This document shows, piece after piece, positions 13,640-26,584 of a stretch of 64,000 nt of DNA. A model generated the notes under the pieces. That model saw nothing but the letters and a program-made list of their open reading frames with translations, ran no database searches and was not told the DNA's origin. Origin of the DNA: Callorhinchus milii (taxonomy: Eukaryota); assembly GCF_018977255.1 (NCBI RefSeq), contig NW_024704743.1:85004001-85068000 (forward strand), given 5' to 3'. Within the stretch, counting starts at the first letter, position 1. Each line of letters starts with the position of its first letter. The translations under genes were made by a program, and so were the position numbers.

Positions 13640-13954
13640 GTGGAGTCCTGTAGCTCAGTGGTTAGAGCACTCGCTTTGCAAGTGAGAGACCTGAGTTCAA
13701 TTCCAGGCAGGGCGAAACCTTGGGCAAGTTTCCTTACTCCACACGCCTAATAATAATCCCTCCAAAACCAAAAACAATAATAAATTGGTCATTTTCAATC
13801 TACGACTGTTTGTGGGACACTGCTGTGCGCAATTGGCTGCCGTGTTCGCCCACAAATATACAGTCAATTCACTTTAAAGTGTGTTCTGTGAAGCGCTTTG
13901 GGACGTCCTCCCGACGTGAAAAGCGCTGTATCAATTGCCAGGATTATTATTATT
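13640..13954 (+). mobile_element. Young full-length tRNA-derived Deu-domain SINE (resembles chimaera SINE2-1_CM as recalled)
   Basis: tRNA head with A box TAGCTCAGTGG, TTTGCAA anticodon loop and B box GAGTTCAATTCC; Deu-like TGTGGGACACTGCTGTGCGCAATTGGCTGCC; L2-type stem-loop tail and (TTA)n. Near-identical copies at 26268 and 60917. Confidence 0.95.
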
Positions 13955-14724
13955 CATACTCTAAGAAAATGCCTCCCGTGGAAGGAAGTAGGAAGTTGTG
14001 GAGATAGGTAGATATTGTGCATTTCACTTTGGGGACAATTTGAATCACTTTTGCTTGACCTTTGATACAAAACGGTGCTCAGCACCCAAAAGGTTCAGGA
14101 AGACTAGATAATTGATTTGCATTAGAATTTGCACAAGTCTACATGGAGACTTAAATAAGTGGGGTATGAGCTATGAGCAGGTAGAGGTAACAGGAGTGCA
14201 TGGAAGGATCAAGCTTGAAGCCATAAACTTTTTTTTCATTCCATGCTTTCTTCAATTGATAAGATAAACTCCTGGGTAGCCTGAATGTATAGAAAGATTC
14301 TGGAAATGTACCAAGGAAATCCACATTACTAAGTATATAACTGAAAAATGTCACTTAATGTGTCTGTGGAAAAAGATCACATTTGCTGGATGTCTGGTGA
14401 CAATGATAAGCATTTGTTTCTCAGCGCCTCCACATCCTTTGAGATAAGATGGCCATATCATGAACAGAGGATCTCATTCCTCTGTTGTGGGCAACTGAGC
14501 TGGCGAAAACACCAGAAAATCACATTTCATTTTAGGCTCTATTTATTGTAGCTTACATACACAATGATCTTTAGAATGTAACGTTATTCTGTAAATTCCT
14601 GTTGATTTAACAGAGAATACAAGTGGTTAATGCTAAATGGCATTTGTTGTAAGTTCTCACTTCAGGCTTAAATTGTTTTACAGATATACAGTTCAAGCCG
14701 GCTCAGATGTTCTTTGAATTGCAA

Positions 14725-15172
14725 CAACAACTTGCATTTATGTAGCACCATTCATGTTGGTAACATATATTGTTATATTACTAGTATTGTTTGAACTTTG
14801 ACAATTCTGACTTGTTAGACATAGGTAAGTTGATGCAGCAAACCATATATCTTTCACAAATTATTTTCATGTTTTAATTGAGTGATCTATATGGTAAACA
14901 TTTACTTTTCCATGCATGAAAATTAAAAGTAGATGTAGCTAGTTACTCTTTTTGAATAGTGCCATGGGATCTTTAAGGTCCATGTTAACAGGCGGACAGG
15001 ACCTCGGTTTAACATCTCATCTGAAGGATACCTCCAACAATGCAGCACACCCCTAGCACAGGATCAGCGGGACAGCCTGGAATATGTGAGTTAAAAGTTC
15101 AAACATGGGAGATTGAACCCACAGCCTTTTGACTCAGAGGTGAGAGTGTTACTAACTGAGCCAGGCTGAGAC
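14725..15172 (-). mobile_element. Old DeuSINE pieces (SacSINE1-like), reverse orientation
   Basis: 14945-15170 is the reverse complement of the head and body of 34660-34940 (GAGTGTTACTAACTGAGCCAGGCTG). A CAA-tailed 3' fragment lies at 14725-14760. Confidence 0.75.
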
Positions 15173-16809
15173 CTTTAGATATCTAGAGTTATTTTACTAT
15201 GTTTATATTTTTCTATGTGTACCTCAGTGAATCTTATAGAAATTCTGATGCAAATTAATTATCCAGTTCTCTTGAACCTGTTGAAGCTCTTTACCACATT
15301 TGGTCATGCTTGAAAAAGCAAGTTTCTGTTCTTCTCATCACAATATATATAAAAAAAATTTCCTCCACTCCTTAATTCCTCCTTAAGCACACACCATTCC
15401 TGATTAATCTCTCTTATTGGGCCTGTTCTCAGCACTAGGTGATATCAACACTCGTGCTGGATGTGAGAAGCTTTAAAGAGAAGCAGTTTGACTCTCTCTC
15501 TGACTTATTGAGGCCTTTTGCCAGAATAAGTGCCAGACCTCCATTCTTTACCTCCCTGCGTTGACCAGCTGAGATCAGAAACTCTCCATGTGGTGGAAGT
15601 ACAGGGTGGAACTCACAGCTCATTTACTGCGTTTCTCACCATTTTAGGACACTAACATCCAGAGGTGCCGGCACATTTTTCAATAGTATTTTTTTAAAAA
15701 AAACAAAGGGACTGTGTTACAGACTTAATTAATGTTTTGCATCTCTTGGGCCAACAGCAGTTATTGCTGGGCAGAAAGTCCATTGAGAATCTTCAAAGCA
15801 CTGCTATCTCTCGTTTTCAGAGACAGCACATGGGGAGACAGAATGACACAGCCTACATCAGATCAGATCAGACAGCACATCTTCCTGTGCTGGTTCCATG
15901 ACGTGGGCATTCTGGTACATGATAAGAACTATTTTAACTACAAGTTGGAAGTGCAAACAAGTGACATCTTCATTGACATTTTCACTTATCAAAATCTAAA
16001 ATCAGGGCAAGAGACACACGGTTGCTTGTTTAGGTTGACTTGATTTTGCCATGTTTAGTCATTTCCTTTTTCATCTGCCAAAGCACACAGAATGATAAAT
16101 GGACTCAATCTTGAGTGTGGGAAATGAGCTGTGGTGACAATCTGCAGGAAAGGGTTTTTTTTCCCTTAAAAAACAAAGAAAAGCAGTCTGTAGATGAGCA
16201 GTTTCGTGAGCTGATAATGCAAAGATAATGCAGCACCGGTTTCAGCGAGGCTTTGAACTGCTGAAAGTACAACTTCTTTTCTGTATACATATCATTGTGC
16301 CTTTGTTTCCGAGTCACAGAAAGGGTGGAAAATAGGTGCATGATGTACTTTTCGTCACAAGTCCAGGATTAAAGAAGTAAATGAAAGATGGGTAAATAAT
16401 TCGCTAGGGCTGTATTTTATTGACAATACTTACAACAGCATTTTGTTGCAAACAAATTAGTTAAGAAGAGGCAATTGAAATATTATGTGCTCTGACAGTT
16501 CCATTTTCAGTATTTGTTTGACATTCTCAAATGGAAGTGAGGTCATCGCTCTCCAAGTCGTTACTCAAATGCTTGGAAGGTATTGTTCCCTTCAATAAAT
16601 TAATTCAACTTTGGTGCAAATAAATATACATGCTTTAGTCATTACCAGCTCATAAAGAATTTATAGCTCTGAATGGATAATGTAGACTATTTCGGCAAGA
16701 TGCAGAGATTCTGTACAGCCACTCAAATAATGTGACTTTTCAGAGACAAACCCAATCAAAGTGCTTTTATACAAAAGTTTGTATAATATGTTTTTCTATT
16801 ATAATCGTT

Positions 16810-17370
16810 GTATCTGTGAAGCGCTTTGGGATGTCTCGAAGACGCGATAAGGCGCTATGTAAAATGCAAGGAATTTATTATTATTATTATTTGATACAGC
16901 ATATTATCATGGTGAAACATCTCAAAGCGCTTCTCAGAATTTTATGTGAAGCATAGTGACTGAATTTGTTGGCAAACTTGGCAGCTAATCTACACACAGC
17001 AATGACTCACAAACAACCATGACTGTTTTTGTTTATCTGGCGGATTATTGGCCAGGACAACAGGAGAAACTTGAATAGTGCCACTGGAGTCCGAGACCAT
17101 AGCAGAGCCCTCTAAGACTATGTGAAGAGTGCTATCTATATAAATACAAGTTGTGGTTGTGGTGTGAGTGGAATTCTAACAACCACCTGAACAAGTAGAA
17201 AGAAGTCAGTTTAACATCTCACCCAAGAGACATCAGAAGTTCAGAGCTTCCCTCGCCTAGTGCTTCCCTAGTCAAGTGTCAGCCTAGACTATGAGAGTGC
17301 AGTAAGTGCTGATGTGGGGCTTGACCCAAAAGCCTTTTGACCCTGATGACCAACTGAGGCAAACTGACAT
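16810..17370 (-). mobile_element. Old DeuSINE (minus strand) preceded by a plus-strand SINE tail
   Basis: Plus tail GAAGCGCTTTGGGATGTCTCGAAGACGCGATAAGGCGC at 16818; minus-strand body through CAACTGAGGCAAACTGAC at about 17368. Confidence 0.7.
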
Positions 17371-20300
17371 CTCCAAATTCCTGCATAAATTTAAATCACC
17401 TACGTTACACCTAATCACCAAGCAGCAAAGAGTACAAAAAGGAGCAATTACAAAGAAAAGTTCATGAACTATAAAGCATGAAGCTTGAATTATAGCCTTG
17501 ATTGTTGAGTGGTATATCCTACATTTTACTCTCTATAGACTTTTAATCCCCCATAGGGGGAGGTGGTATTGTTGTTGAGCCTAGCAGTACCTGCCAGTTG
17601 ACGCTGAATTGTGGCAATGATTGAACAAGAGGAAGTGTGATTGCTTCGTCGTTACTGCACATTTATTGAGAAAGGATGTGCAGTTAATTGTCGGGAAATC
17701 CTGTGCATATAGAGTATAAACTGTACAAAGTGATTGCTTCATAAGCTCTTTGTTTGGGATGGGGGGAAGGAACGCAGTCAAGGTGACCTAAAATCCTAAC
17801 ATACGTAGGAGTACGCAGAATACAGCAAGTCTTTGATCGAGTCACCGGCCAAATGAAAGCTAGATCCTATTAATCAAATAAAGTAGAAAAGGAAATGTCC
17901 CACAAAGTCCTGTATTTCAGTTCACCTTAATCCATGTACAGAAAATCTTCCAGTGTGATACTTGTAGCTGTTAACTATTCACTTGCCTATTCTCTTGAGA
18001 AGGATACTTCATTGAGTGGGCTGAGAAATATTGCCAAATGAGCTCCTAAAATGTTACCAGGGGAAGTAAGTATCAGGCTGTCCTCCTTAGCCCAATGATA
18101 GATGCAAAATTGTAACACTTGTGCTTGGGATAGCTGGTAAGCACAAAATAGAGGGAAAATTGGAAAATTTGTGCAGAGAAATTCCACCTGGATCTCTTCC
18201 ACTCTTCAGACTCTGCAGAATTTTTTTTTAAATAATACAGCCTTTTTTAATAACTACAGAAAATCAACTAAAAAGTTAAAACTGAATTCAACAATTTTCA
18301 ATTCCGGATGTTCTAAAATGCTACATAAATAGAGCAAATCTAGATCCAGGGGAATTTTTCCGAGAGATGTGCTACTTAATGGCAATGAAAATTCTCACAT
18401 TACGCACCCTGTTTTGTATATGAAATGTGTTAGTTTGCATTTAAAGCCATAGTATAATATTTACACATTGTTATGTCTAATACATATTGGAATTTCAAGG
18501 CCAATAATTGACTGACTGCCTGCCTGACTGACTGGTTAATGTTTATTTTGGGGTGGGATGAAAACAGTCCAGCAGTGCTTTCCAATTCTCAAGACAATAT
18601 GCAACTCTATTTGTACTTGTAATTCTTGGAAACGTACACCAATTGCTGAGATTTGTTGAAAAGAGAATTCAGCATGCAGCAGCAAATGTCCGTCATTTAA
18701 AGCAGTCAAGATAACCATCAGAATTCTTCTAAGTTCTGAATCCACGAGGATCCGATTTAACTTAAATTTTAACAGGCAAAGGATTCTTCAATGAGGAATG
18801 AAAGTGGGACCTATGGTAACTGGAAGCACCTCACATCGGCTCATGGAAACTTCACTCTGAAAATAAAATGTATTAAATGGAATTCCTGCAACTCGTCTTG
18901 ACACTGTTCTGTTTTTTCTAATATTCGTGCATATTTGACCCTTTGCATGGAATTCTCAGTTTAATGTGGATACTCTTAAGCATAGTGATGGGTTTCCGCG
19001 TGGGTCAGACACCCGGCTGACCAAAAAAATGTAGAGACTGCGAACTATTGCAAGAGTGACCCCAAATCGCGTCTTTGTCTGTGGGTGAATGTGTGTGCAA
19101 TAAGCTTGTAGCTTTTCATAAACCCTTTCCAATAACTCTTCTCTTTTATTTCTTGCCAGTAAATGAAATCATACAAAATGACCTCTCGAGTGCCTCTATT
19201 CATGGACATTCATAGTAAAAACTGGTCACAAGTCCCTGGAATGAAAGAAAACCCATTGCCATTGTAAAATCGTTTATAGTGTGAAGATCGCAAGAAAACT
19301 CAAAGAGAAATCGTCAGTGTGGAACCAGGCTTCTCAAAGCGAAGTCTCTTTCTGAAAAATAATTGACTTCAGGTAACAGGGTGAAACTTGAGTTGCAGTT
19401 TTTCCAAAGCTCTTGAATCAGTAGGCCCAGCAACCTCGTAAAGCATCATTTGGATGAGTTCTCAACTTCAGCACGAAATGTGTCTTCCTTCATCATTCTC
19501 AAGAAAACTCGTGAAAACATTTAAAAGGATTCCAAAGAGTCAACAGGGCTTTAAAAAATAAATACAGTATGTTGATTTTTGTTTCAAGAAAAAACATCCT
19601 AGATGTTCTAAAATATGCAAATAAAAGTGCCTTATGTGTCCTTTTTAGTTATTAAGGAGATGTTCTTTCTATTTTAAGTCGGTTGTAGGAATCGCAAGCA
19701 TGGAAATGAAGATTTGAGTGTGCTCCCTGTAGAAATATGTTATTAGACATAGAAAAGCAGCAGGTTAATGTGAATTATTAGACTTATTATATTGTGTACT
19801 TTTATATGTGCCTAGTTAGTTCATAACCATGAGAGAAGAGCATCCAATAATATGCAGTACTGTTTGTTGCATCTCAATTCAACTCTATAATCCAAAATTG
19901 CACCATTATAAATGTATCAGCCGTCCCAGAGAGGTTTATTGGTTCCATACCAGTTAGTAGTGAATTCCAACACCATTCCCATGTCTTTTGAAATTAAAAC
20001 TGAAAGAATAATTATGCAAAAGCATAGGCAAAAATCCAAGTGTCTAGAGACCGTCTTGTAGAAATACTGTCAATACTTCCAGAGATAGCTGCTGTGGAAG
20101 AGTTAGTAATGTTGTTATATGTGGAGTTTACTCTGTATGTGCTGCATTGTTTGCCTGCTGCTCTCATGTGTGCATTTGATGAATATTTTGAAGCCTGCAT
20201 CTTTCATTGGTTCGATTCTGGTATTGTAGAATAGAAATGTAACTGGATGGACTTGTATTGGTCACTTTTGTAGTGCAGCTGACTATGACAAAGAGCAATT

Positions 20301-22414
20301 TCAGATCCGCATAAATATTAAAAATGAAAATGTCAAGAGAGTTTTAGAACATTAGAGGGAACATCCTTTGTTGTATTTCCTGTCCCATAATTGTAACTGA
20401 TCATGGAATACTCAATGGCACAATCTCAGTTCATACTGCCGGAGGTTAACATCCAGGGGTCTTGCTTCATATCACAAGGTTCTACACCAGCTAGAATAGT
20501 GATTATTCCTGTTGTAACGCACAGAGATAGAATATGCAAACTACAATATACGTGCATTTTTTTAACCTTTTGCCATTATGCAAGCACTTTAGAAAATACA
20601 TTATAAAACAATTGAAAAAAAAATCTCAAATGCATTAGTGGGTAGCTTTACATTTATTTCAGATGAAATCTCAAGGGTTAAAAATGTTTAGCTAGATGAA
20701 CTCGCTATATGATAGAAGGATGAAGCTATTGTTATTTTAAATACAAGTGACTTCGACTGGAATATTGCATGATCAGTGTTCTAGTTCTTTCAACAATGTG
20801 CTTTAAATCATAGCATGATAGGCCATAGTAGTGCTGTTTATCAGGCTATATAGCTTAATTATTACTAAATAAGTGCTCTTTTAGGTTTTGTTCTTATTGT
20901 AGTTAGTCTGATTTGATTCAATAAATATGGTAATTGTTTCCAACTCCAGTGCCTTAGCCAGTAGTGCCCTCTCTAGGTTTTGCCCAGGAATTACACCGTT
21001 TTTAGGTTGAATCATCGAGTTACTTTTGTTTACTGGTTAATATTCACAATATCTATAAAATACCAGATGAAGACGTATACAGTCATATGCATTGTTGCTT
21101 AAAGAAGCAAATGTAAACAAATGGTGATAGCTTAAGGTGTAAATTGTGCTATTCCCCAGCTTCACTTGATATTTCACTCGACAGCCAACCTGGCAAATTA
21201 CTATGAAGAGTTTAGAGCGTAGTGTGGCTAAGTATCTTACCTTAACGTTACTTATGGAGCAAAATTCCATTGACCATTCATTGCTTCTTTTTGTTTCTCA
21301 ATATCGCTGACCTTTTGTAGCCTGTTGTAGCCTGTTGCAGTACCTCGCCCTATTTCACCATTCATCAAAACCTTGTGCATTCTATTCCACTTTGGATTCA
21401 TCTTTTGGTTCAATGTTCAGCCAGCAGCTTTTAGTTGGTTAAAGGGTTAATATAGTTGAGGCTAAAAAGCCCTAATCACCAAACAGTGAATAAATTACAA
21501 TTCTCAGCACTCCTGTGGAGATTTTCCAACCTATAGTGAATTTAGGAAGACTAATTTTGCTTTCGAAAAAATACCGAATGAGTTCACAATACAGCTGTCT
21601 ATAACGATGGGCTTTGCTCACATATTGCTGTGATAGCTTCATTGCACGCATCTTTCAAAGTTTGCTTTTGTTTGTAACAGGTTTCTTAGCAGTCCGATTG
21701 CAATGCAGTCTATATGAACATTTGTTTGTTTAACTAGGTTGCACCAGACAACCATTTCTATCTACCTAAATACTCAACTCATTTTTTTCTTTATTGTATA
21801 TATTTTTTGCATTTATATCTGTATTTTTGACACATTTTACATGGTTAAGAGTTGTGCTGCTTTCTATAAGCTGTCCCAGAAATGTTCCAGTTGAAGTGTT
21901 GGTCTTGGTTTCTACATTAGAATGTATTATAGCTTTGCATTGCTGGTTGAAATTTCCTGGGCAAAATAGCCTCCACTTGCCCTGCTCTCATTATTTCAGG
22001 AATAGCTCCTACATTAAAAGACAATGGACACAATTTCCCCCTCATTCATGGCAAATTCTTACTTCTACATCTTGTCTTTCATGTCCTCGCAAGCTCATAT
22101 TTTCTTGTACATTTGCATCAATGTTTTGTTTTGCCATTTATTCTTGCCATGTAAGCCCTTTAATGGAAGTTATGCAAATATTTTCTACATGTAATGTAAA
22201 ATAAAAAGCACAGTTTGAAATATTTCATTGTCAATAATAGTTTTTTTCTCTTCTACATTGAAGGTGATGATATAGTGTCTATAATAGTATATAATTACCC
22301 AACCATGTCATACTCTGTATATATCTTTACTTAAAACTTACTTTTTACAAATAAAGGAATTAAATTTTTGAAAGCAATAATGGGGTTGTCAATATTAATG
22401 TTGACACTTAATTA

Positions 22415-22733
22415 CAGGCTGATCCCCAATATAGTGCACTCGAGTGCAGTCGCCCAATGGATCCGTGCGGTACATCAGATGTGCGATGCACTGACCAGCT
22501 TTCTTCTCCGAGTGTGCAGGACACAAGGCCTCACAGCAACCAGTGCTGTCTCAACACCCAATCCAAAGCAAGGTTGTGGCTTCCTACACCCATGCCCGGT
22601 GTGCAAGAAATGACATCAACAACAACCTGACAACCTGGAAGTGCTTATGGTAACCTTTTTTTAGTGTACCTCGTTATAAAGTGGTGTTTGAGATTATGGC
22701 CCTAAACCGTTGCGTTATGAAGGGGTCAGACTG
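22415..22733. mobile_element. Tc1/mariner (Tigger/pogo-type) MITE, about 319 bp
   Basis: TA|CAGGCTGATCCCC ... GGGGTCAGACTG|TA: imperfect TIRs flanked by TA, with subterminal CGTTAT repeats. Confidence 0.65.
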
Positions 22734-23544
22734 TATGTGTTACATGCAAAATTAAAGCAAATTTGGGGTGAAATGGCAAGCTGTAATATGTTATGACGAA
22801 TGATAATTATCACATAGTAGAAAGCTGCAGTTAAGCTTGTTGACAATGAGTGTGCCCCCCTTCCCCCCTCATCTCGCCATTGGACAATGATTCAGCCCAA
22901 AGATACCAGCAGATAGCTTTAGAATGCAGGGTCCAAATTAACTCTCAAACAATCTAGAGTTGATCTGATATCAGTGTTACCACATGATACCTGGCATTTT
23001 TCATGTGCGTGATTTTAAATATATTCAGACTATGTGAGTGGAAGAAGCTCAGTAGTTACTTTAAGATGAATCCTTGGACCTTCATTCCTACTAGCTGACA
23101 TCATCCTTGACATTATACAGTACTTCTTTCCAAGGTTTCCAGGGAGATTGTGTGTGACCCAACATGTTAATGTCATGTAATCTTGTTTATGTTCATAAAC
23201 TGAACAAACAGCCCTTAAAAGGTCAACCGACATCCTTTAGAAGAGCTATTAAAATTCCAAAGGTTACCCTGCAAAATGAAAAATTTGGATAAATACTCGT
23301 AGATACCAAAATAACATTAATCCATATTCAGCTACTAATGGGTTCTCTTATGTAAACTATAAAGTTTACTAGTTGTTTCTCTGCTGTGGAAGATATTTTT
23401 ATAACATGCAATCAAAAAAGTTACATTTGGAATAGATCATTTTCATGTACCCTTACAATTGTTTTTGGTCAAAGGTGCATATTGTACCCTGTCATAACTC
23501 CATTATTTATATAAGCAAAAAATTGCTTTTGAACAAGAATAATC

Positions 23545-23680
23545 TCATCGGGATTTTGAGCTCACAGTTGGGCCTCATGCTACATTGTTGGAGGGACCAT
23601 CCTTCGGATGAGATGATAAACTGAGGCCCTGTCTGCTTGTTCAGGTGAGTGTCAAAGATTTCATCCCACTATTCAATGCA
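23545..23680 (+). mobile_element. Old DeuSINE internal fragment
   Basis: CCATCCTTCGGATGAGATGATAAACTGAGGCCCTGTCTGCTTGTTCAGGTG, matching the family body. Confidence 0.7.
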
Positions 23681-25605
23681 AAACAATATGCAAATTTACA
23701 TTATTATTGCATTTCATGTTAGGAGGACATGAAAGGCAATACAATATATAAATATACCAAGATGCTTAAATACTAATAATTGTTATTATTAACCTAAAAT
23801 CTAGGTTTGGCAACATCTTTAAACTGAAAATGTCAATCAACTATCTTTCTAAATTGGAATCATCCTTATTAAAATCACTTTAGCATTTTAAAATTGACTG
23901 GTAAGAATCTGGATACAATTTGCTAAAGGGCTTTGTTTTTACATTACTTTGGTTATTTTAAGAAGCAGAGAACAACATGCTGAATAAAAAAATGTATTGT
24001 AGCAAATCACTGTGATAGCTTTAGTGCTCTCCATATGTCTCATGACGTGCATCGTTCCTTTGAGTTGCAGTGCAAATAAACTCCTGCTGCTGTAAAATGC
24101 TGCCAGAATAGCAGCCAAATAATCATTTACTTCAAGAAAAAAGGTTATTTTAGTGAACCATTTCTCCATTTAGAAAGCATGTTGCAGATTCACACCCGCC
24201 CACATCCCTGAGCTGTTCTCAATGGTGAACTCTTAAAAAAAAATGGGTCCAAGGCATTAAATCTGTTTGAAATCCATTGTCGCCCTTTAGCAAACATGTC
24301 AGTGCAACAATGGGATGTGAAGCGTGATGTCCACTGACGGAGAATTGTGCAATGCTGCCAGTTTACCAGCTTTTTGAGTTTACCAAATAAACAGTATCCC
24401 ACTCACTGCCAGGAGAAGATACAAAATGGAAATCTAATGCTGGGAACCCAGCTCCACGGATGTAGTTACTGAAAGCGGCATTGGCTCCACCACACTCACA
24501 CACCCAGGTCATTCGATGGGCTGAATGGCAAATCACAATAACAATCCTTATATTTGGTATAGCACCTTTCACATCAGGAGGACATCCCAAAGAGCTTAAG
24601 TGAACCACTAAAATGACTGATTGTACTGGAGAGTCACTATCCACTTAGAGAAAGATTACTTTAATTTCACCTGATAGAGTGTAATATGAGGCAGTTTCTA
24701 TTCAAGTAGGAACTTATTCCAAATACCATTATATATAAGGGTGTATATATATATATATAATGCATTAATCTGACAGTGGCCAAATCAAAATTCCACATAT
24801 TCAGTCTTCCAAGGCAAAATATTAACAATGGATCCCGATCACATTACAATTTAGTCACGTTATTCAGGCCAGATGGGTACCCCAAGTTATGAGTGAAACA
24901 CACTTTTTGAGAGCAATATTTCAAATGAAATGTACAGTTTATTCAAATATAAGCTCTCTGGTGTGCTTCAGTTGGACATGCCTTGCATCTCAGCATTCAA
25001 AGTATGCAGTTCAACAGTTTCAGCACATATTTCCACCACCTAGACTCCCACATGAGAGCCATCTCTGCCAGGCACACTTCATGCTTTTGTGACCAGTAAT
25101 TAATATTTAACCTTATGCTACTATTTCTTCCTGCCACTTTTCCTGCCTGTTAATATTGGCACAATATTAAGCACTCTGAGATGCCATCCTACATGAAGGG
25201 TCCTATGTAAATGCAAGTTGTTGTTGAATAAAAGATGTGTAGGCCACGGGGTTTGGCTACAAAATACAGTCACTTTATTTTACAGTAAATTCTGTGAAGC
25301 ATTCTGACATATGTCTTCCTGACATATGCATGTCTATAAATAAAAAATATTATTTATCATTATTAAACATTCACTTTCTTGTTTTTTTATTCCCTTTCTT
25401 CGTATTCTACACTCCTTACCAGGGACTAAGACATTGTTCTCCTGTATTTTGGTCTGGTTCTGAATAGATTGTAACTTACAGGAAAAATGGCATTTCTTAA
25501 AAAACACATAAAAGGAAATTTGAAACGAGTTGAGAGAGAAAAAAATCAGAAGTCGCTGGGAACACTCAGCAAGGTCAGGCAGCATCTATGGAGAAAGGAA
25601 AGTAA

Positions 25606-25641
25606 GTCAACATTTCGGGTCCACGACCCTTCGACAGAACT
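25606..25641 (-). ncRNA. Degenerate minimal hammerhead ribozyme in the Penelope terminal repeat
   Basis: Minus strand CTGTCGA-A-GGGTC-GTG-GACCC-GAAA-TGTT versus core CUGAnGA-stem II-GAAA; PLE terminal repeats are known to carry hammerheads. Confidence 0.65.
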
Positions 25642-26267
25642 GTGACATGTTGGGAGGAAGAGGCTTTTAAGGGCTAACAGAGAGCGGGGAGGCAGGGCAA
25701 GGAAGACAAAGGAGAAAATGGGGGAGAGGACAGGGAATAATGGGTTAAATAGGTGTTAATAATGCAAAACAAAGAAGGGGAAAATTGCAACAAAATAGGC
25801 AGACCAGAGAGAGAAAAGGTGTGTCTGGGACCCAGATGATGTGGTTATGGTCACAGAAGAGGGGGAGGGGGAAGGTGAGCTGTTATCGTCTGAATTTGTT
25901 TAAATCAATATTGAGGCCAGAGGGCTTGTAAGGTCCCTAACAGATAAATGAGGTGCTGTTCCTCAAGCTTGTGCTGTAGCTCATTGGAACAGCGTAGGAG
26001 ACCATGGATGGAGAAGTCAGAGTGCAAGTGGGAGGTAGAGTTGAAGTGGCAAGAAACCGGAAGCTCAGGGTTGTGCTTGCGGACAGAATGGAGGTATTCG
26101 GCAAATCGGTCACCTAATCTACATTTGGTCTCCCCAAGTATAGAGGAGACAACATCATGAGCAGCGAATGCAGTAAACTACATTGGTGGTAGTACATGTA
26201 AATTGCTGTCTCACTTGAAAACTGTGTTTGGTGTCCTGGACAGTGGTATGGGAGGAGGTGAAAGGAG

Positions 26268-26584
26268 GTGGAGTTCTGTAGCTCAGTGGTTAGAGCACTT
26301 GCTTTGCAAGCGAGAGACCTGAGTTCAACTCCAGGTAGGACGAAACCTTGGGCAAGTTTCCTTACTCCACACGCCTAATAATAATCCCTCCAAAACCAAA
26401 AACAATAATAAATTGGTCATTTTCAATCTACGACTGTTTGTGGGACATTGCTGCGTGCAATTGGCTGCCGCGTTCGCTCACAAATATACAGTCAATTCAC
26501 TTTACAGTGTGTTCTGTGAAGCGCTTTGGGACGTCCTCCCGACGTGAAAAGCGCTATATCAAATGCAAGGATTATTATTATTAT
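26268..26584 (+). mobile_element. Young tRNA-Deu SINE nested in the Penelope element
   Basis: Near-identical to 13640-13954; AAAGG duplicated at 26261-26265 and 26585-26589; Penelope coding sequence continues on both sides. Confidence 0.95.

Noticed and set aside
13640..13715. tRNA-Ala(TGC) gene (also 26268 and 60917)
   Set aside because: A and B boxes are present, but it runs into a SINE body and tail in three dispersed copies with no terminator after the head; it is a SINE head.
13720..14007. Recurrent ORF MGKFPYSTRL... (also 26348 and 60999) as a small-protein family
   Set aside because: It is only the translation of the SINE body, starts at TTG and has variable ends.
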